Positions 7,934 through 16,982 of a stretch of 27,951 nt of DNA are shown in pieces (the first letter of the stretch is position 1; the number at the start of each line of letters is the position of its first letter). The stretch lies in IMG/VR virus record IMGVR_UViG_3300005323_000036; one strand, given 5' to 3'. Under the pieces are notes generated by a model. That model made no database searches. It was not told the DNA's origin and saw nothing but the letters and a program-made list of their open reading frames with translations. The position numbers were made by a program, and so were the translations under genes. Source of the stretch: a virus. Its lineage: Duplodnaviria > Heunggongvirae > Uroviricota > Caudoviricetes.

Positions 7934-8147
7934 ACTATCTAGGAAAGTTTCGTTTGAAAATCCAGATAGGTCAGTATCATTATACACAACCTCTCTAATT
8001 ATTGATGGCAAATTTGATACCACAACTTATGGAATAGAAATACGGATCGGTAGTAATATGATTTATACTCATTATGGTAATGATCTGTTTAATGCAGAAT
8101 TAAACTTTAGACAAATACATGAAATATATCTAAAATATTGGAGTTAG
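7911..8147 (+). CDS. Hypothetical protein
   Basis: ATG ORF overlapping the upstream gene. Confidence 0.65.
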   Translation: MKIKQNFKLSRKVSFENPDRSVSLYTTSLIIDGKFDTTTYGIEIRIGSNMIYTHYGNDLFNAELNFRQIHEIYLKYWS

Positions 8148-8393
8148 AAAAATTAATTGTGATATACTATGAAACTAGATGTAAAACTTGAAACTAAACT
8201 AAAAACAATTGTCAAATCTTATGGAATTGATGAGGTTTTAAGATATCTATGTAATAATTATCATATAGAATTTATAAACTTCATAGAAACCCAATTAAAT
8301 AAAGATGATGTAGGCTATTACAGGTAGATAGTAGAAGAGAAAAGTAGAGTATTTTATTGAAACTAAAATTTTAAAACTATAACCCTGATTAAC

Positions 8394-8768
8394 ATGACTG
8401 GATATAATTTGCCACCTGGATGTAATGAATCTGATATTCCTGGATGGAATGACATTACTGTATCGTTTGATATTGAATTTAATGTATATGGAGATTATGA
8501 ACCTGACGATGATAAACCAATTACTAGAATTGCAAAAGAACTCGTAGGCCTTGATGTAAGTGTTCTTACGTATCAGACAAATTCTATCAATGGCACATTT
8601 GTAGCACTAGTAAGATATTCAGATGATATAGACATCGATGAAAGTAATATTTACGATTCCAATGATGTTTATGATGCTATAATCAAATATATGAATTCAA
8701 TTATGGACGAAGTAACTCTAGACAAAAACGATCAAAGCATAGAAATAAATTATAAAGTTCATAGGTAA
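8394..8768 (+). CDS. Acidic hypothetical protein with an N-terminal NLPPGC...DIPG motif
   Basis: Motif recalled from phage hypothetical proteins; very acidic. Confidence 0.7.
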   Translation: MTGYNLPPGCNESDIPGWNDITVSFDIEFNVYGDYEPDDDKPITRIAKELVGLDVSVLTYQTNSINGTFVALVRYSDDIDIDESNIYDSNDVYDAIIKYMNSIMDEVTLDKNDQSIEINYKVHR

Positions 8769-9003
8769 GGAGGGATAAGGAAATTATGAATATATTACAA
8801 TCTTTATATTTAAAAAAATTATTTGAAAGAAAACAAGATACAATTAACTATGAAACATATCTAAATCAGATACTTGAAGTTAATACAGATATTCTCGAAG
8901 GGTTAGTATATAGTTTAAAAGAATGTAATTCTAAAATTGATAATTTATAGAAAGAAATTAATGACATTAAAAGAAATATTAAATAAAAAATTAGGATAAA
9001 ATT

Positions 9004-9237
9004 ATGATTGGTGGAAATGCAATGGTTATAAATAATAACCTAAATAAATTAGCAACAAGTAGTGATCCAAATGATAGATATCTTTCATTAATACTAATGA
9101 TTACTATAATTTTTATGTTTGTTGCATTAGTATTTTCAATATGGTTTAATGAATATAAAGAACAAAATAGTTGTAAAAACTATAAATCTGGGTTTAATGA
9201 TTGTGATAAATATAAAGAACGAAATAAATGGAAATGA
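9004..9237 (+). CDS. Small single-pass membrane protein
   Basis: Hydrophobic stretch LSLILMITIIFMFVALVFSIWF. Confidence 0.65.
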   Translation: MIGGNAMVINNNLNKLATSSDPNDRYLSLILMITIIFMFVALVFSIWFNEYKEQNSCKNYKSGFNDCDKYKERNKWK

Positions 9238-9314
9238 GATAAGAACTTAAAAACTAATATTCTTACTTTCCCGTATAGATCTACAAATTTATCCTCTCCT
9301 TCATTCTTATTATT

Positions 9315-10235
9315 ATGACTACAACTGTTGAAACTTTAAATGATTTTGTGATTGATGATTCTGTAAAACAAGTTATTGAATTTTCGATACAAGCAGCAAA
9401 GAAACGAAAAGAACCACTTAAACATATATTGCTTTCTGGTGCAGGAGGTTTAGGTAAATCAACATTAGCATATCTAATTTATAAAAAGTATAATCAAAGT
9501 GGTAGTTTTGTAACATTGTATGGACCATCTATTCAAAACAACTTTTCTTTAATTAAAGTAATTTTATCTTTAAAAGACGGTGATGTATTATTTATTGATG
9601 AGGTTCATGCAATTAAAGATAAAACTATCATAGAAAACCTTTATTCAGTCATCCAGGATCATATTATTAACATTAGAACAAATGGTTCATACATTAGAAA
9701 ACCAGTAAAGAATTTCACATTTATTGTAGCAACTACTGATTTGTTTAAACTTACAGACTCGTTTATTGGTAGATTCCCAATTAAAATAGACATTCTACCT
9801 TATAACATAGATCAACTATCAACTATGATTAATTTCTATAGTGATATGAAACTTACAGAAGAAGCATCAAGAAAGATTGCTGAAATAAGTAGAGGTGTGG
9901 CGCGCAATGCTGTAGAAAACACCGGTATGATTGATCTATATGCAAGTTCAAAAGATCTCAAAACGGTTAATCTAGACGACGTGATTGCATGTTTTAAATT
10001 ATTAAATATTGATTCTAATGGACTTAATAAGATTCAACGTGAATATCTTGAATTGTTAAACGATCATTTGGGGGAAAGTCTATCACTTAATATTATTAGT
10101 AGAATTTTAAACAAACCAACGGGTGAAGTAACACGATTTATTGAACCAGTGTTATTGTCAATGGGATTTATTGAAATTGGTGGTAAAGGTAGAAGCATAA
10201 CCCAAAAAGGATCAGACATTGCAGAAGAGGGGTAA
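9315..10235 (+). CDS. ruvB: RuvB-family AAA+ ATPase (Holliday junction branch-migration motor homolog)
   Basis: EPLKHILLSGAGGLGKST (Walker A), GDVLFIDEVH (Walker B), FTFIVATT (sensor 1), GRF (Arg finger), SRGVAR (sensor 2), C-terminal winged helix D.NGL...IEPVLL..GFI....KGR. Confidence 0.92.
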   Translation: MTTTVETLNDFVIDDSVKQVIEFSIQAAKKRKEPLKHILLSGAGGLGKSTLAYLIYKKYNQSGSFVTLYGPSIQNNFSLIKVILSLKDGDVLFIDEVHAIKDKTIIENLYSVIQDHIINIRTNGSYIRKPVKNFTFIVATTDLFKLTDSFIGRFPIKIDILPYNIDQLSTMINFYSDMKLTEEASRKIAEISRGVARNAVENTGMIDLYASSKDLKTVNLDDVIACFKLLNIDSNGLNKIQREYLELLNDHLGESLSLNIISRILNKPTGEVTRFIEPVLLSMGFIEIGGKGRSITQKGSDIAEEG

Positions 10236-10274
10236 GAAGGAGAGAATTAAAGTTGTAGATCTATTAAAGAAAGA

Positions 10275-10301
10275 TTTAACTATTATTACAACCTATAATA
10301 T
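10275..10301 (+). promoter_or_regulatory. 27-bp exact promoter-like repeat, copy 1
   Basis: TTTAACTATTATTACAACCTATAATAT, identical to 10601-10627; each copy precedes an RBS and an ATG. Confidence 0.75.
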
Positions 10302-10325
10302 CTAGATCAAAGGAGTAAAATTAAA

Positions 10326-10595
10326 ATGAAAATTAATGGTAAGTATTGGTATCTTATAAATTTTATTTGGCATAATCAAGGTAAACAATCATCTTGGTAT
10401 AAAGTATATCAAACAAAAACTGGAGTAAGTTTCTATAAAGCAATAATAGAAAATAATATTGTTTCGTGGGAATATGATGAGACTATAAAAGGTAAAAAAG
10501 TTGATGACTATATAGGCACGTTAGATTATAATCCAAATATTCATGATAAAATGATTATAAATGATATGTCAAAGTATAAACCTCAAAACAAATAA
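10326..10595 (+). CDS. Hypothetical protein
   Basis: AAGGAG RBS and ATG; follows promoter repeat copy 1. Confidence 0.7.
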   Translation: MKINGKYWYLINFIWHNQGKQSSWYKVYQTKTGVSFYKAIIENNIVSWEYDETIKGKKVDDYIGTLDYNPNIHDKMIINDMSKYKPQNK

Positions 10596-10600
10596 CAATC

Positions 10601-10627
10601 TTTAACTATTATTACAACCTATAATAT
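10601..10627 (+). promoter_or_regulatory. 27-bp exact promoter-like repeat, copy 2
   Basis: Identical to 10275-10301. Confidence 0.75.
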
Positions 10628-10641
10628 TAGGAGAGATTCTT

Positions 10642-10815
10642 ATGAGACTAACTTACATTATAACTACTAAAATTGACGGCGTTATAATTGTTCTTGATGA
10701 AGATATAGAAGATGAAGATGAACTTATCTACAAATTAGCAGATTACAAAATTGAAGGTAAAGAAGTTAAAGTATACAAAGAACATGTAATTAGAAATAAG
10801 AAGATTAGTTTTTAA
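10642..10815 (+). CDS. Small acidic hypothetical protein (57 aa, not in ORF track)
   Basis: AGGAG RBS; MRLTYIITTKIDGVIIVLDEDIEDEDELIYKL... Confidence 0.65.
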   Translation: MRLTYIITTKIDGVIIVLDEDIEDEDELIYKLADYKIEGKEVKVYKEHVIRNKKISF

Positions 10816-10872
10816 GAATAATAAAATTATAGATCATAAACATTTAAATTTTAATATGACATTGTAATTATC

Positions 10873-11253
10873 ATGGCAAGACCTAGATCATCAAAAAAGC
10901 AACATGTATCTGACACAATTTATCAGGCATATATGGCAACTAATAGTAGAGAATTTTCAGCAAATGATGTTAATGGTATCCTTACTGCAGGTCAGATTTC
11001 ATCAATGCTATTATCAGATTGTATAGAAGAAACAGGTAAGTATGTAAGATCAAAGTGTGAAACTAAACAAATTCCTATTAGAGTATGGAGAATTAATGAT
11101 GATGGAATTTATAAGATGCTTCGATATTCAAATCTAATAACACCTGAAGAAAAAGAAATGATCAAAAACAAAGAAACAAAAATAAGAAGGAATAGTTACT
11201 ACTACGAAACACTAGATTCAATAATCAACGTCGAAGGAGAAGAAGATGAGTAA
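10873..11253 (+). CDS. Putative winged-helix DNA-binding protein
   Basis: Helix-NSREFS-helix-helix followed by a beta wing ending VWRINDDG; basic N-terminus. Confidence 0.55.
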   Translation: MARPRSSKKQHVSDTIYQAYMATNSREFSANDVNGILTAGQISSMLLSDCIEETGKYVRSKCETKQIPIRVWRINDDGIYKMLRYSNLITPEEKEMIKNKETKIRRNSYYYETLDSIINVEGEEDE

Positions 11254-11458
11254 AATTAGTGAAAACTATATGGTTAATGTAAATAAAGATATAATTTTTG
11301 GAGTTGATATTTATGATGATCTTTTTGTCATAACTATTTATAACCCAAATGGATTTGAACAAATTGCAGTAGAATCTGATTATATTGATGAGTTTATAGA
11401 ATTTGTAAGTGATATCCCAAATAAAAAGAAATTAGCAATGGAGAATTTAGATGAGTAA
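11246..11458 (+). CDS. Small acidic protein, tandem paralog A
   Basis: IYDD...F.EF..IP.KK.LA.E shared with 11451-11687. Confidence 0.7.
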   Translation: MSKISENYMVNVNKDIIFGVDIYDDLFVITIYNPNGFEQIAVESDYIDEFIEFVSDIPNKKKLAMENLDE

Positions 11459-11687
11459 TTTTAGTATTTGTATAAATGAATATGTAAATTATGAAGCAAG
11501 TATCTATGATGATATTATAGAAATTAAAGTCAATGAATTGAATAATGGAAATATAGAATCTTCTGATTACATTAGGATTATTCCAGAGGATCTAGATAAA
11601 TTTGTAAAGTTCATTAATGAGATACCACATCAAAAACAACTTGCAGAAGAACTATATTCAGAAGATGCATATAATGAATCTAGATAA
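11451..11687 (+). CDS. Small acidic protein, tandem paralog B
   Basis: IYDD...FVKFINEIPHQKQLAEE. Confidence 0.7.
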   Translation: MSNFSICINEYVNYEASIYDDIIEIKVNELNNGNIESSDYIRIIPEDLDKFVKFINEIPHQKQLAEELYSEDAYNESR

Positions 11688-11700
11688 AAGTTTTTAAATT

Positions 11701-11868
11701 ATGACTGATGTATTTTGTGTTCAATCTAATTCTAAAACTGATTGGATGACAATATTCTATTATTACTATATAAAATATACTATACCAGATAGTTTAATAA
11801 TAGAATGTGGAGATAATAGAAAATATTTAGAAGAGTTGAGAGAAAGAAATTTAAGGATTAGTGTATAA
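11701..11868 (+). CDS. Hypothetical protein (55 aa, not in ORF track)
   Basis: ATG ORF filling the gap between co-oriented genes. Confidence 0.5.
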   Translation: MTDVFCVQSNSKTDWMTIFYYYYIKYTIPDSLIIECGDNRKYLEELRERNLRISV

Positions 11869-11886
11869 ATTATTGAGAGTTAAACC

Positions 11887-12087
11887 ATGACAAATAAAAT
11901 TTCAGTTGTTATTTTTGATGAACTGCCAATTAAAGATAAAGAAACGTTTCTAGATGCACTTGAACACTTTAAACCGAATATAAATTATACTTTAAACTGT
12001 AAGATATATCATAATAGCAATCTAATATCTAAATCAAATTTTATGAAATCTCTTTATGAACAACTTAAAAAGGAATCTAAATCATGA
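11887..12087 (+). CDS. Hypothetical protein
   Basis: ATG ORF; ATGA coupling to the next gene. Confidence 0.6.
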   Translation: MTNKISVVIFDELPIKDKETFLDALEHFKPNINYTLNCKIYHNSNLISKSNFMKSLYEQLKKESKS

Positions 12088-12332
12088 CAAAAAGATCTTA
12101 TAACGAAATCATTACTGCATACAAAAACAAAAAATGTAATATCTATTCTATGGATTGTAATATTGAAACGTGTCCTATTATGAAGTGTAATCGTGTAAGA
12201 GAACGTGTAAATAGTAAGCGATCTAACTTTGTAATTGTTAACAAACCAAAAGACGTTAAAGTAGACATGAATATAGTGGATAGAGTAGTAGATCGTATTA
12301 AGAGTAAAAATAGATGGATGGAAATAAAGTAA
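12084..12332 (+). CDS. Basic hypothetical protein
   Basis: ATG ORF with 4 Cys. Confidence 0.6.
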   Translation: MTKRSYNEIITAYKNKKCNIYSMDCNIETCPIMKCNRVRERVNSKRSNFVIVNKPKDVKVDMNIVDRVVDRIKSKNRWMEIK

Positions 12333-12628
12333 GATTATCATTTAGAATAGCAGATAAAATATTTTATTGTTTATATAAAATTATAGATATTTTTATTGAT
12401 ATAATATATTATACATTTAAATTTATTTATTATATTCTTTATATTATATTATATCCTCTAATCTATCTTTCTAAATGGCATGATGAATATATGGAATATA
12501 CAGCAAAATCCTATGAACCAATTACAGAAGAAAATTTAAAGAAAATGGCACAGGCAACAATAGATTTTTGTAATGATTTACATAACATGGACATTGATAA
12601 TAATGAAACAGAATCAAAATCAAATTAA
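12314..12628 (+). CDS. Putative membrane protein
   Basis: Ile/Tyr-rich hydrophobic segment. Confidence 0.6.
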   Translation: MDGNKVRLSFRIADKIFYCLYKIIDIFIDIIYYTFKFIYYILYIILYPLIYLSKWHDEYMEYTAKSYEPITEENLKKMAQATIDFCNDLHNMDIDNNETESKSN

Positions 12629-12890
12629 TTCAAATAAAAACGCCAAATCCCTTTCTTCTAACTTTAAGTTTAAACCAAAGTATAATAATTATAAGAAACC
12701 TAAATCTGATGCTGAAAAATACAAAGATCTAATTTCATGTCCATTATGTAAATGTGAAGGTGAAGTTAAAGAAGTGTGGGATGATTATGAAAATGGTAAA
12801 AAGAACTTGGAAATGTATTGTCATCATTGCAATTGTCAATTCGTAAAATTCATGAACATTAAGAAGAAAAGAATAGAGGAAGATTTATGA
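12603..12890 (+). CDS. Zinc-ribbon protein (Lar-like spacing)
   Basis: SCPLCK...YCHHCNCQF; internal ATG 12603 preferred. Confidence 0.6.
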   Translation: MKQNQNQINSNKNAKSLSSNFKFKPKYNNYKKPKSDAEKYKDLISCPLCKCEGEVKEVWDDYENGKKNLEMYCHHCNCQFVKFMNIKKKRIEEDL

Positions 12891-13066
12891 GTAATGATGA
12901 TGTGTGGAGATATACTGGTTCCTGTCCTATTTGTGGAAAGAGATCATATGCAGTTTTTAATTGGAATGGAGATCCTCCTAGAATAGTAAGTAGTCATGAT
13001 GAAGATATTCACAGATTGTACAAGTATAATAGATGTGAATATGATAAATTATATGAAAAAGGATGA
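12887..13066 (+). CDS. Small CPICG protein (59 aa, not in ORF track)
   Basis: ATGA coupling; MSNDDVWRYTGSCPICGKRSY... Confidence 0.6.
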   Translation: MSNDDVWRYTGSCPICGKRSYAVFNWNGDPPRIVSSHDEDIHRLYKYNRCEYDKLYEKG

Positions 13067-13069
13067 TAC

Positions 13070-13372
13070 ATGTCTCTAATATCATATATATTACCTATAA
13101 TCATTTCAATCATCATTATCTTTATTGTATATTATCTATGTCATAACAATGATCAGTCAACTCAAACTCTCATCCCCTCTTCTACTCCCTATTGTCCTGA
13201 TTGTAATTCATATGATCTTAAACTTGTTGATACATGTGATGGGTTACCTTGGCTTAAAGGTCATGTTAAAGAAGTAGATTATTATGTATGTAATAGATGT
13301 GGTAGACAATTTAATGATGAAGATTGGCAAGATTCAAAAAGTTATGGCTATGTTGGAACAGATGGTGATTAA
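13070..13372 (+). CDS. Membrane-anchored zinc-ribbon protein
   Basis: N-terminal TM helix; YCPDCNS...YYVCNRCGRQF resembles 5549-5707. Confidence 0.7.
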   Translation: MSLISYILPIIISIIIIFIVYYLCHNNDQSTQTLIPSSTPYCPDCNSYDLKLVDTCDGLPWLKGHVKEVDYYVCNRCGRQFNDEDWQDSKSYGYVGTDGD

Positions 13373-13587
13373 TAAAGAGAATAAAGGATGTGTTTAAAAT
13401 GGCTTTTATTAAAATTAAACAACTTATTAAAATTTTAGAAACTTTACCAGAAGAACATAACATATGTGTTATAGATACTAATGAAAAATGGAAACAAGTT
13501 ATAGGTGTGGAAATAAATGAACATGCAATATTATTTAAATATGAATAATATTATCCAATCTTTACATTACCCAGGAAAATTTAAATC

Positions 13588-13875
13588 ATGACTCCAAAAT
13601 GCTTACGATGTGGTGAATGTTGTAAAACTAATATTCCTAGATCATTTAGAAATCCAGACGGAACTTGTAAATATCTTGTATATGATGGTAAAATTGCAAT
13701 TTGTAGAATATATAATGATAAACCATTTCCATGCAAAAGTATTATATCTTTGAATGACATATACTGTAGTATAGGAAAATCAAAATTATGTTTAAATGAT
13801 TCAATACTCAATGATTACTATGCTAAACTAGAATCATACAATTGGAGAGATACAATGAACAGAGAGAAGAATTAA
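13588..13875 (+). CDS. YkgJ-family CxxCxxCC cysteine-cluster protein
   Basis: CLRCGECC...CKYL.....CRIYNDKPFPC. Confidence 0.8.
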   Translation: MTPKCLRCGECCKTNIPRSFRNPDGTCKYLVYDGKIAICRIYNDKPFPCKSIISLNDIYCSIGKSKLCLNDSILNDYYAKLESYNWRDTMNREKN

Positions 13876-14141
13876 AATTTATTAGAATGAATATAATAGA
13901 ATATTTATCTAAACAATTAAACAAACCTGAATCTTCTATTATTCAGTATGCTAAATCACTAGAAGAAAAAGGATTAGTAAAATTAGAAATTAGCAAATCA
14001 AGTCATCTAAAACTTACAGAAGAAGGTAAATATTATCTAGAACATGGATTACCTGAAGAAATAATGTACAATAAAATGTTAAAACTTATGAATGAAAGAA
14101 ATGTAAATTCAATCCCAATTAAAGAATTAATTGAAGAATAA
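13842..14141 (+). CDS. Stand-alone archaeal/eukaryotic PheRS alpha-subunit N-terminal DNA-binding-domain module
   Basis: LSKQL....SI....KSLEEKGLVKL......LKLTEEGKYYLEHGLPE; no catalytic domain follows; start may be ATG 13887. Confidence 0.75.
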   Translation: MERYNEQREELKFIRMNIIEYLSKQLNKPESSIIQYAKSLEEKGLVKLEISKSSHLKLTEEGKYYLEHGLPEEIMYNKMLKLMNERNVNSIPIKELIEE

Positions 14142-14475
14142 AATGAAAATCACAGAATTAATGATACAACCTTGTGTAATGTGTCATGCAACTGGACATT
14201 ATGTATGGGTTGCTGATTGTGCTGATTATTGTGATCATTATGAAGGTGATGGTAAAGAAACAAAGTATATGAAATGCAGTTATGAAAAGACACTAGAACA
14301 AATTAAAGAAGATAAATCATTGCTAGAATTAATGCATCCAGGCAGAGAAATAAACAATGAAACATTTAACAAAATGGTAGACGATGCTGATAAACATAAA
14401 GAGTGTGATGCACGTAGAGTTTATCAAGCACAGCAACGTGGTGAATTCTTTGTTCCATTCAATGAAGGTGATTAA
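14131..14475 (+). CDS. Hypothetical protein with CxxC motifs
   Basis: PCVMCH...CADYCDH...C. Confidence 0.7.
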   Translation: MKNKMKITELMIQPCVMCHATGHYVWVADCADYCDHYEGDGKETKYMKCSYEKTLEQIKEDKSLLELMHPGREINNETFNKMVDDADKHKECDARRVYQAQQRGEFFVPFNEGD

Positions 14476-14618
14476 ATTATGATGGAATTTTTAATGATTT
14501 TAATTGTTGCATTTATAGCAGATTGTGTATTTGCAATTTGTTATGAAATGTATTGGTGGCTACAGAACAGAAGAGTAAGTTAATAGTGGTTATTTAAATA
14601 AATTAGGAATATATCTTT

Positions 14619-15038
14619 ATGATTATTGAACTTACTGATGAACAGGCATATATTATAAGGGATTCTCTTGAGTTATATGCACGTATTAGAACTGGAGATT
14701 TTGAACAAATATGGAACACACTTGTTTGGGACTGTGAAAAGAATGGTGGTGTAAAAGGAACTACTCCAAACAATTACATATGGCATAACATTGTAAATAT
14801 ATTAAAAGAGTTATGGTTTCCTAATCTAAATAATAATGGTGGTTATTCATCAAATTGGGGTGTAGGTCATGATAAACCAGCAGATAAAGCCTGGACAATC
14901 ATGGAAGTAATTCGATATTACCTAGCACATAAAAACTACCCACTAAACACTGAAGAAAACAACCGAGAAATCGTAGACCATTACAAGCCTACCAATTGGG
15001 CCAATTTCGAAAAACTTCCAGTAATAAGAGAAGAATAA
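14619..15038 (+). CDS. Conserved phage-type hypothetical protein
   Basis: IELTDEQA.II..SLELYARIRTG.F pattern recalled from phage hypotheticals. Confidence 0.7.
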   Translation: MIIELTDEQAYIIRDSLELYARIRTGDFEQIWNTLVWDCEKNGGVKGTTPNNYIWHNIVNILKELWFPNLNNNGGYSSNWGVGHDKPADKAWTIMEVIRYYLAHKNYPLNTEENNREIVDHYKPTNWANFEKLPVIREE

Positions 15039-15048
15039 GGAGATTACG

Positions 15049-15363
15049 ATGATTATTTCTGGTTTTGAAATTGATATTTTAGTAAGTGTTATGCTTATTA
15101 TTGGATTTTTGATTGGTTATTTTAGAGGATATGCTGACACTTCCGAAAATGAAGATAAAAAAGTGATAAATATGGAATATAACGAAGAACGAGATCTTAA
15201 GGTTTTATTAAAATATAAAGATGGATTAGATCTAGATCCTATTGATGAACCTATAGTAAGGAATTTGTGTTCAATTGGATTTATGAAAACCGGTATAAGT
15301 TTTCAACGCAAACAAATAACTGCTAGAACGGTTGGAATTGGTTTAAAATTAATTAATGGATGA
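15049..15363 (+). CDS. Membrane-anchored protein with a possible C-terminal winged helix
   Basis: GGAG RBS; TM aa 8-27; IVRNLCSIGFM...T..G. Confidence 0.65.
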   Translation: MIISGFEIDILVSVMLIIGFLIGYFRGYADTSENEDKKVINMEYNEERDLKVLLKYKDGLDLDPIDEPIVRNLCSIGFMKTGISFQRKQITARTVGIGLKLING

Positions 15364-15558
15364 TCCTCGTGACAACAAATGCCGATGATAAGAGATGAAT
15401 AAAATGAGTAAGATGAAAGATCTACATATAGATGAAATAAATAATATGTATAAACATGTAACTGATCTTGTGCCATGTAAGGATTTCTGTTTTATGTGTT
15501 TGGTAAAACATTATTGTGATATATGTCCAGAATATGATTAATACAAAAGGTGATTTAA

Positions 15559-15867
15559 ATGAATGTTGATGTTTGTCATAATATTGCAGGAGGAATATTT
15601 GTAAAATGTCCCGTTATTGATGATTATCATTCATTGCATTATTGTGATCACTGTAAGTTTATTGGAGAATTAAGTTGGAGTGGATGCTGTGAAGAATATA
15701 CTTCTATGGAATGTAATTTTACGAAGACTGATGAAAATACCATTTATGTAATCGAAAATAAACAACAAATTGTAAAACGCGATGGAATTAAATATGCTGA
15801 ACATGAAGAAAAACTTAAAAACGATCCGGAATGGCGAAGAATTATGAAAAAATTAAGAGAGGGTTAA
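15559..15867 (+). CDS. Cys-rich hypothetical protein
   Basis: GGTGA RBS; VKCP...CDHCKF...CNF module shared with 18116. Confidence 0.7.
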   Translation: MNVDVCHNIAGGIFVKCPVIDDYHSLHYCDHCKFIGELSWSGCCEEYTSMECNFTKTDENTIYVIENKQQIVKRDGIKYAEHEEKLKNDPEWRRIMKKLREG

Positions 15868-15868
15868 A

Positions 15869-16126
15869 ATGAATGTTTATAAAATTCCAAGTAGAAAAAT
15901 CCGTGAAGTAAGGCCGTGTTATAATGACATATTAATGAACAATGACTGTGTATTTTATGTTTCATCTGAATTTGGAGGAGAGTGTAAATTACATAACTAT
16001 GAAAGAAACGCAAAATATTCAGATGAATTAGAACGACCAGAAAAATGTCCAGATCATTTCTATCAAGATGAAATGCAAGCATTACTTAATGATCGTAATG
16101 TAAAAGATTTTTTGTGTTATTTATGA
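15869..16126 (+). CDS. Cys-rich hypothetical protein
   Basis: C.FYV...CKL..Y...C..H shared with 22280. Confidence 0.7.
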   Translation: MNVYKIPSRKIREVRPCYNDILMNNDCVFYVSSEFGGECKLHNYERNAKYSDELERPEKCPDHFYQDEMQALLNDRNVKDFLCYL

Positions 16127-16136
16127 GGTATTAAAT

Positions 16137-16493
16137 ATGTTAGAAAATGAAATTAATTTAATTGCTGATAAACTCGGAATGACAGTCTCACAAGTATATC
16201 AAATGAATTTGTATTATCAACAATTCATAGTGTTACAAACAGAATGTATATTAATTACAACAATTCTAACCTTTGCTATTTTTATGGCTATAGGATATAT
16301 CAAATATAAAAATAGTTACAAATACAATTCTATTGAATGGGTTTTGATCTTTGGATTAATGGGAGGCTTTGTTGCAGCAATAGTAATGGGATTTTTTGTG
16401 TTTACATTATTCCAGATGATTATACTTCCATCACAATATCCAGAATATACAGCAATGATTCAAACAATAAATCAAATCAAAGGATTTCTATAA
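16137..16493 (+). CDS. Two-TM membrane protein
   Basis: GAGGT RBS; two hydrophobic helices; C-terminal PEY. Confidence 0.75.
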   Translation: MLENEINLIADKLGMTVSQVYQMNLYYQQFIVLQTECILITTILTFAIFMAIGYIKYKNSYKYNSIEWVLIFGLMGGFVAAIVMGFFVFTLFQMIILPSQYPEYTAMIQTINQIKGFL

Positions 16494-16501
16494 TATTATT
16501 T

Positions 16502-16663
16502 ATGACATTAACAATTAAACAAATGAAAGAATTATTAGATCCATATCCAGATTGTTATCATATTAGTGGATTATGTGTTCAAGTTTATAATAGTCAATAC
16601 CAACAAGTTAAGGAATTGCATGAACTAGAAATTCCATATACTGATATTGATATAGGTGAATAA
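16502..16663 (+). CDS. Small hypothetical protein (MTLTIKQMKELLDPYP type)
   Basis: Internal ATG of track ORF 16337-16663; the N-terminal extension overlaps the upstream gene. Confidence 0.6.
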   Translation: MTLTIKQMKELLDPYPDCYHISGLCVQVYNSQYQQVKELHELEIPYTDIDIGE

Positions 16664-16665
16664 CA

Positions 16666-16905
16666 ATGAAATTAAATTACGATGAAATAACACAAAATGT
16701 TTATAATTATATATTGAATTCAACTACATGTAATATTAATTGTAAACAACTATACATTGATATTAAAAACATAATAATAGATACTATAGATCTACAATAT
16801 CAAAGAAAAGACGCTATTAATAAAATAAAATGTATTATTGATAACCTAGATGAAGATGATCAATTATACATTTGTGAAAATATTACTGATATAATATATA
16901 ATTAA
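16666..16905 (+). CDS. Hypothetical protein
   Basis: GGTGA RBS and ATG. Confidence 0.6.
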   Translation: MKLNYDEITQNVYNYILNSTTCNINCKQLYIDIKNIIIDTIDLQYQRKDAINKIKCIIDNLDEDDQLYICENITDIIYN

Positions 16906-16914
16906 CTTAAGTTT

Positions 16915-16960
16915 TTCTCCATCTTATTCTTCTCTTTTCCCTCTATCTTTATATACTGTA
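16915..16960 (+). promoter_or_regulatory. Pyrimidine tract followed by an archaeal-type TATA box (TTTATATA)
   Basis: CTTTATATACT about 30 nt upstream of ATG 16983. Confidence 0.55.
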
Positions 16961-16982
16961 TTTTACTTTTACTTCTTTCATA

